A stretch of 32,000 nt of DNA from Opitutales bacterium (GTDB lineage Bacteria; Verrucomicrobiota; Verrucomicrobiia; Opitutales; Coraliomargaritaceae), in assembly GCA_049606355.1 (NCBI GenBank), contig JBMYVL010000002.1, forward strand, positions 90,001-122,000. Direction: 5' to 3'. This document shows, piece by piece, positions 9,283 to 18,143 of the stretch. The notes under the pieces are model-generated. The model did no database searches, was not told the DNA's origin, and saw only the letters and a program-made list of their open reading frames with translations. Every line of letters begins with the position of its first letter. The stretch's first letter is position 1. The position numbers were made by a program, and so were the translations under genes.

Positions 9283-9638
9283 CGGTTCAAGCTGTTGATA
9301 CTCGCCCCTTGGTCCTGCCGGACCCTCGGCTCGGTTCCTCTGGGACTGCTGCCGAAGCAGGCGTAACGGACTCGGTCGCGGCATCTGATGACGCTGCCTT
9401 GGCTGCCGTAAAGACTCCGGAGCTGCCAGCTGCTGCTACCAGTTCGGACTCGGCTGATACGCCGGCGGAACTCGCAGATGCAATCCGTGCTGAGTCGGCG
9501 AATGATTCATCCGAGTTACTGACCGCCGAAGGAGCCGAAGATCGCTTGAGTCCTGCGATTAAAGACAGCCTGCGCGAGCGTTTTAACGGCCGCATCTCAG
9601 GTGTTCGGAAGCTGGATGCGAAAGACCGTATCTTTTAA
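9279..9638 (+). CDS. dnaX: -1 frame continuation of dnaX: a putative tau-specific C-terminal extension (~119 aa, giving a product of ~495 aa)
   Basis: The -1 frame is open from 9237 through the A-run to TAA at 9636..9638. It reads ...[31 protein letters not shown]...[30 protein letters not shown]. The third frame closes after 6 codons (TGA). The track lists only a TTG-started 109-aa piece (9309..9638) with no obvious RBS. Confidence 0.55.
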   Translation, partial: VAVQAVDTRPLVLPDPRLGSSGTAAEAGVTDSVAASDDAALAAVKTPELPAAATSSDSADTPAELADAIRAESANDSSELLTAEGAEDRLSPAIKDSLRERFNGRISGVRKLDAKDRIF

Positions 9639-9692
9639 TGTGCCTGGTATCGTTGTACTCCCGGAATTAATTGCTGATAGTAATCTCTGACC

Positions 9693-10322
9693 ATGATGCA
9701 GTGCCTATCCATTGACTCAAAGCCGATCCTGTTCTTACTCCTGTCGTCTCTTGGTAGTTTACTTATTGCCCAGTCCGTTAAAGAGACGACTTTAGTTATG
9801 AAACCTGAACAATCTGCCATTAGTGAGTGTGCCTCTGCCTGTGCATTGCCGTCACATGTTGATTTAAGTAGTGAAGTCTTCCCGGTACAACGCAGTGAGC
9901 ATGAGTGGCGGGCGACATTGACGGCGCTGCAATACCACGTAACTCGTGAACAAGGTACTGAGCGCCCTTTTCAGAATAAGTATCACGACAACAAGGCGCT
10001 TGGTCTCTACCACTGCATTGGTTGTGCGACACCGTTGTTTTCCAGTACCGAAAAGTTTGATTCCGGCACCGGTTGGCCAAGCTTCACGCAACCCATCGAT
10101 TCGCGTACGCTGGGCGAGAAGAGCGACGTCAGTTATGGCATGCGGCGAACTGAAGTGCATTGTAAGGTGTGCGGCGCCCACCAGGGCCATGTCTTTGAGG
10201 ATGGACCGCGCGAGCAGGGTGGCCGACGTTACTGTATCAATTCGGCAGCTTTAAATTTTACGGCCGTTCGCTCTCTTCAGGAACTTAGAGCTAAAGTTGT
10301 CGCATGGTACGACAGCCAATAG
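9693..10322 (+). CDS. msrB: Peptide-methionine (R)-S-oxide reductase MsrB with an N-terminal extension (possible Sec signal peptide)
   Basis: The core is [24 protein letters not shown]...[26 protein letters not shown]...[17 protein letters not shown]...RYCINSAAL, with two CxxC zinc motifs and the catalytic Cys. The first ~30 aa ([19 protein letters not shown]) look like a signal peptide. An alternative start at the internal ATG (9798) would remove it. Confidence 0.88.
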   Translation: MMQCLSIDSKPILFLLLSSLGSLLIAQSVKETTLVMKPEQSAISECASACALPSHVDLSSEVFPVQRSEHEWRATLTALQYHVTREQGTERPFQNKYHDNKALGLYHCIGCATPLFSSTEKFDSGTGWPSFTQPIDSRTLGEKSDVSYGMRRTEVHCKVCGAHQGHVFEDGPREQGGRRYCINSAALNFTAVRSLQELRAKVVAWYDSQ

Positions 10323-10359
10323 CGTGGGGTATTCAAGTAAGGCTGGCTTTTAGTTAACG

Positions 10360-11760
10360 ATGCCGTTGCTATGCTGGCGCATGTCTGAGCTATATTCTTC
10401 TTCCCGCCGTCGTTTCATCAAGGGCGCAGGTCTGTTTGGTGGTGCTTCCTTCCTTGCAGGGCCCAAGTCGTTGGCGACAGAGCCAAAGCTTATTGGGGCG
10501 GCTAAGAACCTTATTTTTTTAGTCGCCGATGGTATGGGGGTGGGCACCTTGTCGTTTGCGCACCATTGGCAAATGCGCCAAACTGGGCAACCGCTTGAGT
10601 GGATGCAGCTTCTGCAGGACCCGAATGTGCGGCGGTGTTTGCAAGATACCGCATCCGCAAATTCTCCAGTGACCGACTCCGCTGCAGCAGGCAGTGCTTG
10701 GGGCTGTGGGGAGCGGGTGAATAACCGTAGCATCAATTATTCGACCCGTGGACAGCCGCTCAAACCCCTGTTCAGTTACGCCAAGGAGTCGGGCAGAGCT
10801 ACTGGGTTAGTATCAACCTGCCGCATTACGCATGCAACGCCGGCTGCGTTTGTGGCTAATGTAGCCAATCGCGATGCTGAAGATCGTATCGCAGATCAAT
10901 ATCTTGAACGTGGTGTCGATGTATTGCTCGGTGGCGGTGCAAAGCATTTTTCAAACGAGGAGCGCGACCTGTGCGGCGCCTTTATACGCAAGGGTTATAC
11001 GTTTGCTGAGAATGCGGCGGAACTAGCGCAAACCGTTAACGATAAACAAATCTTAGGCTTATTCACCCGAGGGCATCTTCCTTATGCGATCGACCGTAAA
11101 TACGACGCGCGTTTCGCAGCGATACCAAGCCTTGCGACTATGTTTAAGGCCGCGCTGCAGTCACTTGGGCAACATGAGAATGGCTTCGTCCTTCAGGTTG
11201 AAGCGGGTCGCATTGACCACGCGGGCCATGCCAACGATCCAGCTTCAATACTTCATGAAACGCTGGAGTTCGATCGCTGCATTCCAATTGCCTTGGACTA
11301 TTACAAAGCACATCCAGATACACTAATCATTGTGACTACTGATCATGGTACAGGTGGTTGCCAGTTGAATGGAACCGGTAAAGGATATCAGGAAAGTGGC
11401 CCGGCGTTGGATCGAATTAATCGTTTTAAGGGAAGCTTCCAATCGGTAGCGCGTATTTATGAGCAAACCGGTGCATTCGATGCACGCCACTTCGAGGCAA
11501 TTAGCGGACTCGCCGTGAACGAGGCGCAAATCGAACAAATCCTACATGAGGTACAACAGAACAAAAGGTACATGACCAGTGTCATTGCCGACGTGCTGAA
11601 CGATAAACTGATGGAGCGCACCGCGATAGGTTGGACCTCCAATAATCACACAGCAGAACATGTAGAATTGGCCGCACTGGGGCCAGGCTCTGCTGAAATA
11701 CCGATGTTTCTAAAGAACTACGAGTTGCATGGCATGCTTCGCCAAGCGCTGAACCTTTGA
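10360..11760 (+). CDS. Alkaline phosphatase (PhoA family), Tat-exported
   Basis: The twin-arginine motif SRRRFIKGAGLFGG is present, so the likely true start is the ATG at 10381 (MSELYSS...). Metal-site and active-site contexts are FLVADGMGVG, TDSAAAGSAW (nucleophilic Ser), IDHAGHAND and VTTDHGTGG. Confidence 0.88.
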   Translation: MPLLCWRMSELYSSSRRRFIKGAGLFGGASFLAGPKSLATEPKLIGAAKNLIFLVADGMGVGTLSFAHHWQMRQTGQPLEWMQLLQDPNVRRCLQDTASANSPVTDSAAAGSAWGCGERVNNRSINYSTRGQPLKPLFSYAKESGRATGLVSTCRITHATPAAFVANVANRDAEDRIADQYLERGVDVLLGGGAKHFSNEERDLCGAFIRKGYTFAENAAELAQTVNDKQILGLFTRGHLPYAIDRKYDARFAAIPSLATMFKAALQSLGQHENGFVLQVEAGRIDHAGHANDPASILHETLEFDRCIPIALDYYKAHPDTLIIVTTDHGTGGCQLNGTGKGYQESGPALDRINRFKGSFQSVARIYEQTGAFDARHFEAISGLAVNEAQIEQILHEVQQNKRYMTSVIADVLNDKLMERTAIGWTSNNHTAEHVELAALGPGSAEIPMFLKNYELHGMLRQALNL

Positions 11761-11799
11761 TTTAAACTGGGGCGGCGCGTGCGGACAAAGGCAGTACTC

Positions 11800-13581
11800 C
11801 TAATAGACGTCACGTAGATAGCGATTTTCGGACTTCAGTTGTTGTACATAGTCTTCAGCTTGTGCTGCACTCATGTTGCCTTCTTTACGGACGATCGTAT
11901 GCAGTGCCGTGTCGACATCGTGCGCCATTCGGCTGGCGTCCCCGCAGACGTAAAATACGGCGCCTGCTTCCAACCACTTAAACAGTGCATCGCTATTTTC
12001 AAGCATCCGGTCCTGGACATAGATTTTGTGGGCCTGATCGCGTGAAAAAGCGACATCGAGTTTGGTTAGCACCCCATCTTCTAAGTAACTTTGCAATTCG
12101 CTCTGGTAAAGGAAGTCAGTTAGGTAGTGCTGATCGCCAAAGATAAGCCAGTTTTTACCAGTCGCAGCTGTCGCAGCGCGTTCTTCAATGAACGCACGGA
12201 AGGGTGCGATGCCGGTTCCGGGACCTACCATAATAATCGGCGTTTGGGGATCGTTTGGCAGTCTGAACTTCTTGTTGGGGGATACAAAGACATCAACCGT
12301 TTGCTCGCTTTCTACGCCGTCTGCCAAGAAACTGGAGCAAACTCCCTTCCGAGCACGACCCTGTGATTCATAACGCACCACACCCACTGTCAAATGAACC
12401 TCACCCTCGTGCGCCTTCGGACTCGAGGCAATGGAGTAGAGCCGCGGTGGTAGTTTTCGCATAATACTCACCAACTGCTGCGCATCCAAATCCTGTGCCG
12501 GAAAGTCGACCAAGATGTCGATGATTTGACGGCCCCAAATGTAGTCATTCAATTGATCGGTATCATTCAGCAACGCATCCAAGTCTGCGTTTTGTGCGAA
12601 TTCATTGTAGCGGGTGAGGACCGGCTTGGAGAGTGCGGTGATATCAAGCTGGCGGGTCAGTGCCTCACGCAGTGAAAATTCACCCGCTTTTAGACTCACA
12701 GGTTCCTCCGGGTTCAGCTGGGTGGTTTCAAGTAGTGCATCGACGACGTCGGTTGCATTGTGAGGAATGACTGCGAGCGCGTCACCGACAGTGTAATCCA
12801 TACCCGAACCGTCGAGATTCAGCTCCAAGTGTATCGTTTCCTTCGCGGAGCCTTTGCCATTCAGTAGGACTCGCTCTTTCAGTTCCGCAGGGAACGGGTT
12901 TTTGCGCGAGTATTTGACGGTCGGGGCCGCGGTCTCAGTGGCTGCCGGTGTTAAGGTGGTTGCGGCAGTCGAAGCGCCGGTCGCTTCGCTTAAGGCGGTT
13001 AAAGTGCCGTCCAGCCATTCGGCATAATCATCATCGTAATCCACATCGCAGTCTTTACGTGCGAAGATACGTGTTGCTCCGAGCGTTTCTAGGCGGGCGT
13101 CAAAGTCTTTGCCCATCTTGCAAAAATGCTCGTAGCTGGTGTCGCCGAGTCCCAAGACAGAAAAATTTAAACCCTTCAGTGTGGGCGCACCCTCAGCCAT
13201 GAAGGCCTCATGGAATTGTATCGCATTCTCCGGCGGGTCGCCTTCTCCCCAGGTACTGACGATGACGAGAAGGTTTTGCATCTTAGCAAGCCGCACCGGC
13301 TCGATATCAGCCATACTGAGTACTTTCGTTTTAAAGCCCCGCTTGATCGCCGCTTTAGCTGATTGATCTGCCAGAGATTCTGCATTCCCGGATTCCGAGC
13401 CAAAGAGGATGCTTAGCTCTGGTTTTGAAGCAGGCACTGGAGCCACACCGCGCAGACGGTTGATAAAACTACCAAGCCAATCGAGCTGGCTCGTCTCTAG
13501 TGTTGGCAGCACCTGATTGAGCAGTTGTGCCTGCTCGGCGGTGAGCGGTGTGGAAGCCGGTATAAGGTCTTTATTAGCCAT
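11800..13581 (-). CDS. cysJ: Assimilatory sulfite reductase (NADPH) flavoprotein alpha component
   Basis: 593 aa. It has a flavodoxin-like segment SILFGSESGNAESLA...VSTWGEGDPP, the FAD motif RLYSIASSP, the NADPH motif MVGPGTGIAPFRAF and the C-terminal YLRDVY. Confidence 0.9.
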   Translation of the reverse strand: MANKDLIPASTPLTAEQAQLLNQVLPTLETSQLDWLGSFINRLRGVAPVPASKPELSILFGSESGNAESLADQSAKAAIKRGFKTKVLSMADIEPVRLAKMQNLLVIVSTWGEGDPPENAIQFHEAFMAEGAPTLKGLNFSVLGLGDTSYEHFCKMGKDFDARLETLGATRIFARKDCDVDYDDDYAEWLDGTLTALSEATGASTAATTLTPAATETAAPTVKYSRKNPFPAELKERVLLNGKGSAKETIHLELNLDGSGMDYTVGDALAVIPHNATDVVDALLETTQLNPEEPVSLKAGEFSLREALTRQLDITALSKPVLTRYNEFAQNADLDALLNDTDQLNDYIWGRQIIDILVDFPAQDLDAQQLVSIMRKLPPRLYSIASSPKAHEGEVHLTVGVVRYESQGRARKGVCSSFLADGVESEQTVDVFVSPNKKFRLPNDPQTPIIMVGPGTGIAPFRAFIEERAATAATGKNWLIFGDQHYLTDFLYQSELQSYLEDGVLTKLDVAFSRDQAHKIYVQDRMLENSDALFKWLEAGAVFYVCGDASRMAHDVDTALHTIVRKEGNMSAAQAEDYVQQLKSENRYLRDVY

Positions 13582-13661
13582 GACGATGTGAGTGTTTCAA
13601 AGGTGCGGAGGTAAACATTAGATGGAGCGCAACGCTAGCACGAAGTCCCGAAAACAGTTAA

Positions 13662-13690
13662 TCTTAGGTTTTTAGGTGACAAACCTAAGA
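13662..13690. promoter_or_regulatory. Perfect 10-bp inverted repeat (candidate operator) in the divergent cysJ/cysI intergenic region
   Basis: TCTTAGGTTT (13662..13671) - 9 nt - AAACCTAAGA (13681..13690). The spacer itself begins with a third TTAGGT half-site (13672..13677). It lies ~80 nt from the cysJ start and ~95 nt from the cysI start. The function is inferred only from position and symmetry. Confidence 0.35.
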
Positions 13691-13784
13691 AAAGAGTCAA
13701 ATTAAACGTCTAATTATTTGCACCACTGCGCTGTGAGGCACACAGTGCCTGCCGTTGTTAATTTTACAAAACGTTTGATTTAAA

Positions 13785-15539
13785 ATGATATCTGATAGCC
13801 AGTCAGCACCGAAACTGCACAAAAATGAGGGGATCAAAGCCGGGAGCAATCACCTTCGCGGTACGATTTTGGAGAGCATTGCTGATGTGTCGACGGGTGC
13901 CATCGCGGCCGACGACCAACAGTTGACAAAATTCCACGGGCTATACCAGCAGGATGACCGCGATGTGCGCAACGAGCGGCGTAAGCAAAAACTGGATAAA
14001 GCGTATAGCTTTCTGTGTCGCATTGGTGTGCCGGGCGGAGTCAGCACGGCTGAGCAGTGGCTGGTGATCGATGATTTGGCCAATTACTGTGCTTTTAATA
14101 CCATTAAGTTGACCACACGTCAGGCGTATCAGCTACATGGTATCCTCAAGGGCAACCTCAAGAATGTCATTCAGCGCACCACAGATGCTGCGATGTCTTC
14201 ACTGGCGGCCTGTGGTGATGTGAACCGCAATACCATGGCATCACCCAATCCCAGTAATACGCAGGTCCATGCCGAAGTGCAGGCGATTGCGGATGCGATC
14301 GATGCCTATTTAAAACCTCAAACCGCTGCGTTTTCTGAGATCTGGTTGGATGGTAAAAAAATTGCCTCGATGGAACCTCGGTCGCTGGACATGGGGGGAG
14401 ATTCCGTGGAGCCGCTGTACGGCACCACCTATTTACCAAGGAAATTCAAAATCGCGATCGCGATACCGCCTCACAATGATGTCGATGTATTTGCCCATTG
14501 CTTAGGCTTTATTGCGATTATCGAAAACGGCACTTTGGCCGGATTTAACGTCACTGTAGGCGGTGGCATGGGCATGACGCATGGCAATGAGGCGACTTTT
14601 CCACGTCTTGCCGATACGATGGCATTTGCACGACCCGACCAGGTTGTGGATGTCGCAGAGAAGATTGTCTCCATTCAGCGCGACTGGGGCGACCGCGTGG
14701 AGCGGGCTCACGCTCGGTTCAAATATACGGTTGAAGATCATGGGGTCGACAAGGTGCGTGCTGAGTTGGAAAAACGCTTGGGCTATGCATTGGAAGCGCC
14801 ACGCTCGTATACATTTGAGAGTAACTGCGATCGCTATGGATGGGTTGAAGGCTCGGATGGCAAGTGGAACCTTGGCTTATTCATCGAAGGCGGGCGTATT
14901 GTTGATACCGAAGGTGCTCAGTTGAAGACTGGGATGCGTCGCATCGCGGAAAGTGGACTCTGCCAATTTCGACTCACGCCAAATCAGAATGTCATTCTAG
15001 CCAACATCACGACCGAGAACCGTGCCGCGATTGACGAACTGGTTGCCGCGCATGGTCTGGATGCCTATCAAACCGCTTCGGGGATGCGTCGGAGCCAAAT
15101 TGCATGTGTTGCATTGCCGACCTGCGGCTTAGCTCTCGCGGAGTCCGAACGCTACTTGCCGCAGCTAGTCAGTGATCTGGAGAATACACTCGAAGAAGTG
15201 GGGCTCATGCAGGACGAGATCGTGATACGTTCGACGGGTTGTCCGAATGGCTGCGGTCGTCCCTATTTGGGTGAGATCGGCTTGGTCGGGAAGGTGCCGG
15301 GCAAATACAATTTATATCTAGGAGCGGGCTTTGATGGCGCGCGACTGAATAAATTGTATAAGCCATCGCTGACACATGAGCAGATTATCGAGGCACTGAA
15401 GCCGATTCTGCTCTGTTATGCGAAAGAGCGTGAGGACGGTGAGCGTTTCGGTGATTTTACAATTCGCAAGGGCTACGTCGCAGCAACGACTGCAGGCAAT
15501 CGTTTCCATAAGGACTTGGGCGACAGTGCTCAGTCTTAA
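13785..15539 (+). CDS. cysI: Assimilatory sulfite reductase hemoprotein beta component (siroheme/4Fe-4S)
   Basis: 584 aa. It begins NEGIKAGSNHLRGTI and continues YQQDDRD...RKQK. The cluster and siroheme Cys motifs CVALPTCGLALAESERY and STGCPNGCGRPYLGEIG are present. Confidence 0.92.
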   Translation: MISDSQSAPKLHKNEGIKAGSNHLRGTILESIADVSTGAIAADDQQLTKFHGLYQQDDRDVRNERRKQKLDKAYSFLCRIGVPGGVSTAEQWLVIDDLANYCAFNTIKLTTRQAYQLHGILKGNLKNVIQRTTDAAMSSLAACGDVNRNTMASPNPSNTQVHAEVQAIADAIDAYLKPQTAAFSEIWLDGKKIASMEPRSLDMGGDSVEPLYGTTYLPRKFKIAIAIPPHNDVDVFAHCLGFIAIIENGTLAGFNVTVGGGMGMTHGNEATFPRLADTMAFARPDQVVDVAEKIVSIQRDWGDRVERAHARFKYTVEDHGVDKVRAELEKRLGYALEAPRSYTFESNCDRYGWVEGSDGKWNLGLFIEGGRIVDTEGAQLKTGMRRIAESGLCQFRLTPNQNVILANITTENRAAIDELVAAHGLDAYQTASGMRRSQIACVALPTCGLALAESERYLPQLVSDLENTLEEVGLMQDEIVIRSTGCPNGCGRPYLGEIGLVGKVPGKYNLYLGAGFDGARLNKLYKPSLTHEQIIEALKPILLCYAKEREDGERFGDFTIRKGYVAATTAGNRFHKDLGDSAQS

Positions 15540-16177
15540 TGGATCCAGTCAAGCAGCCAGCCCTTGAGGTTGCTAATGGCCTGCGGGCCTTGGCGGATCA
15601 TTAAGTATATGATGACTCCGTAAAGGGCAGTGGCACAGGCTCCTACGAAAGAGGCAGCGATCGCCAGTAAGCCGTCTTCCTCGGTAAGCCCAACACCTAT
15701 CATAAAGATAACCATAGCGGGAAAGGTATTGGTCAGGGGGATTGGCAGAACCATCAGTGCAGCCATTATAATAATGAGCAGCGCGAGCGCGGATAGACCC
15801 ATACTGGAGTATGTCCATAAATGGCGCGGCCGAATGAAGCGCTCGACCCTGCGCAGAAAGCGACTGACTGCACCTATCATCTTCTCTGCAATTGCAGGCT
15901 GGATGCGCACAACCATGATTCGCTGCGGCAGCCATACACTACGCCGCCCACAAAGCATTTGGAGTGCAATGAGTGCCACCGCGATGCCAAAAGGTGTGCT
16001 ATACCCCGGCGCAGGGATGGGGAGGGCGCTGGGCATGGATAAGACGACCAGCAACAAGCCAAAGCCTTTGTCGCCAATCGTTTTGACTAGCTCGCCAATC
16101 GTAGGACCCCGATCACTGCCGGCGAGCAGCACCTGCTCAAGGGCTTCCGTCAACGAACGCTTTGTGTGAGTTTGCAT
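15536..16177 (-). CDS. exoD: ExoD-family membrane protein (exopolysaccharide synthesis ExoD-like)
   Basis: 213 aa. SLTEALEQVLLAGSDRGPTIGELVKTIGDKGFGLLLVVLSMPSALPIPAPGYSTPFG...GRRSVWLPQRI and the subsequent TM helices have the typical ExoD family layout. Its stop codon overlaps the cysI stop (4-nt convergent overlap). Confidence 0.75.
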   Translation of the reverse strand: MQTHTKRSLTEALEQVLLAGSDRGPTIGELVKTIGDKGFGLLLVVLSMPSALPIPAPGYSTPFGIAVALIALQMLCGRRSVWLPQRIMVVRIQPAIAEKMIGAVSRFLRRVERFIRPRHLWTYSSMGLSALALLIIIMAALMVLPIPLTNTFPAMVIFMIGVGLTEEDGLLAIAASFVGACATALYGVIIYLMIRQGPQAISNLKGWLLDWIH

Positions 16178-16207
16178 ATTGCCCTGAATGAATAACTGTT
16201 AACCCTA

Positions 16208-16852
16208 TTGTCGATGGCGATTACGAGGTCAAACAAACTAGCAAACGCATACAAGGATGAAGCGAGCAGTGGTACCGAGCGAGTTGCGCTCTATGGAGGC
16301 TCGTTTGACCCGGTTCACTCGGCGCACCTGCGAATTGCGCAATCGGTCATTGAATCTGGGGTCGTGGACCGATTGATTTTTGTGCCGACCGCGCATTCGC
16401 CCCTCAAAAAAAACGGTCCTATTGCAAGTGATTCACAGCGCTTACAGATGCTGGCCCTCGCCACAGCCGACGAGCCGCGTTACAGCGTCGATTCAAGTGA
16501 AATCGAGCAGGGTGGTATCAGTTATACCATCGATTGGGTGCGATCTTTTAAAGCTGCCCATCCAAATGCTCAGCTTTATTGGATCCTAGGCGCCGATCAG
16601 TTTGAGCTGCTGGAACAGTGGCGCTCGATCCGCGAACTGGCTCAGCTCCTTCACTTCTTGGTTTTACCGCGCCCTAAGCATGCTCTAGTCGCGCCATCGA
16701 TCCCAGGACTTAATTATCAAATTGTGGATGCGCCACTTCTGTCAGAAAGCTCGACAGCAATACGTGAGGCCTGTGAGCAGGGCATCGCAATCACGGATCG
16801 TGTGCCAAAATCAGTTGAGGCTTTTATTTCGCAACAGTCTTTGTATAAATGA
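16208..16852 (+). CDS. nadD: Nicotinate-nucleotide adenylyltransferase
   Basis: YGGSFDPVHSAHLRIA (GxFxPxHxxH nucleotidyltransferase motif), WILGADQF and SSTAIRE are present. The start is ambiguous (TTG 16208 or ATG 16214). Its stop overlaps the rsfS start (ATGA). Confidence 0.88.
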   Translation: MSMAITRSNKLANAYKDEASSGTERVALYGGSFDPVHSAHLRIAQSVIESGVVDRLIFVPTAHSPLKKNGPIASDSQRLQMLALATADEPRYSVDSSEIEQGGISYTIDWVRSFKAAHPNAQLYWILGADQFELLEQWRSIRELAQLLHFLVLPRPKHALVAPSIPGLNYQIVDAPLLSESSTAIREACEQGIAITDRVPKSVEAFISQQSLYK

Positions 16853-17238
16853 CTTTAAATTCTATTTTTATGCCAACAACCGAATCCAACGCCACACCCT
16901 TGGCCCATGCAGAACTGCAGTGCGCACTGACAGCACTGAGGGATAAAAAAGCCGAAAACATACGCATCCTCGACGTCGGTGAGAAATCATCAATCACGGA
17001 TTATATTATCTTGGCAACGGGTACCTCCGATCCCCATCTAAAGGCGATGAAGGCGGAGCTCGATCGTGCGCTCAAGGTGGCTGGAGTTGCTTTGATCGGG
17101 GAAGATCGCGAGGTCGGTAGTGGTTGGGTGATCATTGATGCCTTTGACTTTATGATACACCTACAAACCGAGCCCATGCGCAGCTTTTACTGCTTGGACC
17201 AACTGTGGAAGGATGCTCCAGAGCTTAGCATGGATTGA
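16849..17238 (+). CDS. rsfS: Ribosome silencing factor RsfS (YbeB/iojap family)
   Basis: 129 aa. KKAENIRILDVGEKSSITDYIILATGTSDPHLKAMKAEL...GSGWVIIDAFDFMIHLQTEPMRSFYCLDQLW matches the family. The nadD-rsfS pairing is the classical arrangement. Confidence 0.88.
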   Translation: MTLNSIFMPTTESNATPLAHAELQCALTALRDKKAENIRILDVGEKSSITDYIILATGTSDPHLKAMKAELDRALKVAGVALIGEDREVGSGWVIIDAFDFMIHLQTEPMRSFYCLDQLWKDAPELSMD

Positions 17239-17324
17239 TCGCTGCCATCTCGCTTATCACCCCGATGGCTGGCATGTTCAGTTATTAAACTTTATTATTC
17301 ACCTAAATAAACGCAGTCAATTGA

Positions 17325-18143
17325 ATGAGCGAACGTACTACTAGCACGGCTCAACCGGACCATGCCACTACCTGCCTGCTTAAGCCCTGCATCATTGTAC
17401 CACTTGGCTTTTTGGCGTTTGTACTCATTAAGTTACTGCTGAGTAAATTCAGCTTAACTTCCCTGGAAGCTAACTTACTTGCTGCGATCGGGGCCTGCTC
17501 TATGGGCTTATTTTTAGTCCGCGAACGCTACTTATGCGGTGAGTTGAAGGCTGCCAAGAGTGAATACACGAAGCAGATCAGCTGTTTGCAGCAACGATTG
17601 AATACGATTGAAACGAGCCAAGCGATTTGTGCTGTAACAGTCGACATGGCCACCTTGCAATTAAAGCGTGCCAGCTCGGCTTTCTATGACCTTTGCGAAG
17701 TCGATGCCGCAACGGATCTCTCGCAATTATATTTGGACACACTCCTTAAAATTGATGCCAATTGGTTGCGGCACTTTTTAAATGGATTGAATAAAAATTT
17801 GAGTGATGCTGAAGCAGCGGTAGCAGCAGTCAGCCCGAATGGCTCAGCGTTGCGCCTTCGAATCAGTGGCCGAAAGCATGCGGATAGCGAGGGTGCAGAG
17901 CTGATTCTTTTTAATCTGCCGAATTCGGCCGAAGAATTAAGCGAGCGTCAGGAGATTTTGAACGAGTTGGAACGATACAGTAAAGGCTTACTGCGTCGTG
18001 AAACACGCATTTTAGAACTGAAACGTGAGGTGAATCAATTGCTCACTGGTGCGGGCCAGACAGTACGCTACCAAGTCGATTCGGTGAGCCAAGAAACAGC
18101 GATCGATCCAATGCTGTCGGGATCAAGTGCTCGGGATGCTTAG
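17325..18143 (+). CDS. Hypothetical membrane protein with a cytoplasmic PAS-like/coiled-coil region, co-transcribed with the histidine kinase
   Basis: 272 aa. Two predicted TM helices ([33 protein letters not shown]) are followed by a heptad-rich segment and a C-terminal [17 protein letters not shown] stretch. It overlaps the downstream kinase ORF by 8-17 nt. Confidence 0.55.
   Translation: MSERTTSTAQPDHATTCLLKPCIIVPLGFLAFVLIKLLLSKFSLTSLEANLLAAIGACSMGLFLVRERYLCGELKAAKSEYTKQISCLQQRLNTIETSQAICAVTVDMATLQLKRASSAFYDLCEVDAATDLSQLYLDTLLKIDANWLRHFLNGLNKNLSDAEAAVAAVSPNGSALRLRISGRKHADSEGAELILFNLPNSAEELSERQEILNELERYSKGLLRRETRILELKREVNQLLTGAGQTVRYQVDSVSQETAIDPMLSGSSARDA

Noticed and set aside
9287-9595. 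102-aa ORF antisense to the dnaX extension
   Set aside because: It is the low-complexity Ala/Ser mirror image of the sense-strand Ala/Ser/Asp-rich region, which is typical of a spurious antisense ORF.
9309-9638. A stand-alone 109-aa acidic protein starting at TTG
   Set aside because: It has no convincing RBS. The frame is open upstream back through the dnaX A10 run, and the dnaX zero frame stops exactly at a canonical slippery heptamer. It is therefore better explained as the tau-type extension of dnaX, or as a homopolymer sequencing error.
15630-16169. 179-aa ORF antisense to exoD, plus other long antisense or overlapping ORFs (2504..3034 -, 30761..31183 +, 24324..24752 -, 10350..10736 -)
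   Set aside because: Each lies fully inside a gene with strong family motifs on the other strand or in another frame. All are Arg/Ser/Pro/Ala-rich with no motifs, as expected by chance at this base composition.
16406-16413. A8 run inside nadD as a second possible slippage site (an alternative-frame 69-aa ORF at 16380..16589 crosses it)
   Set aside because: The nadD zero frame continues with conserved NadD sequence well past the run. The alternative-frame ORF is short and motif-free.
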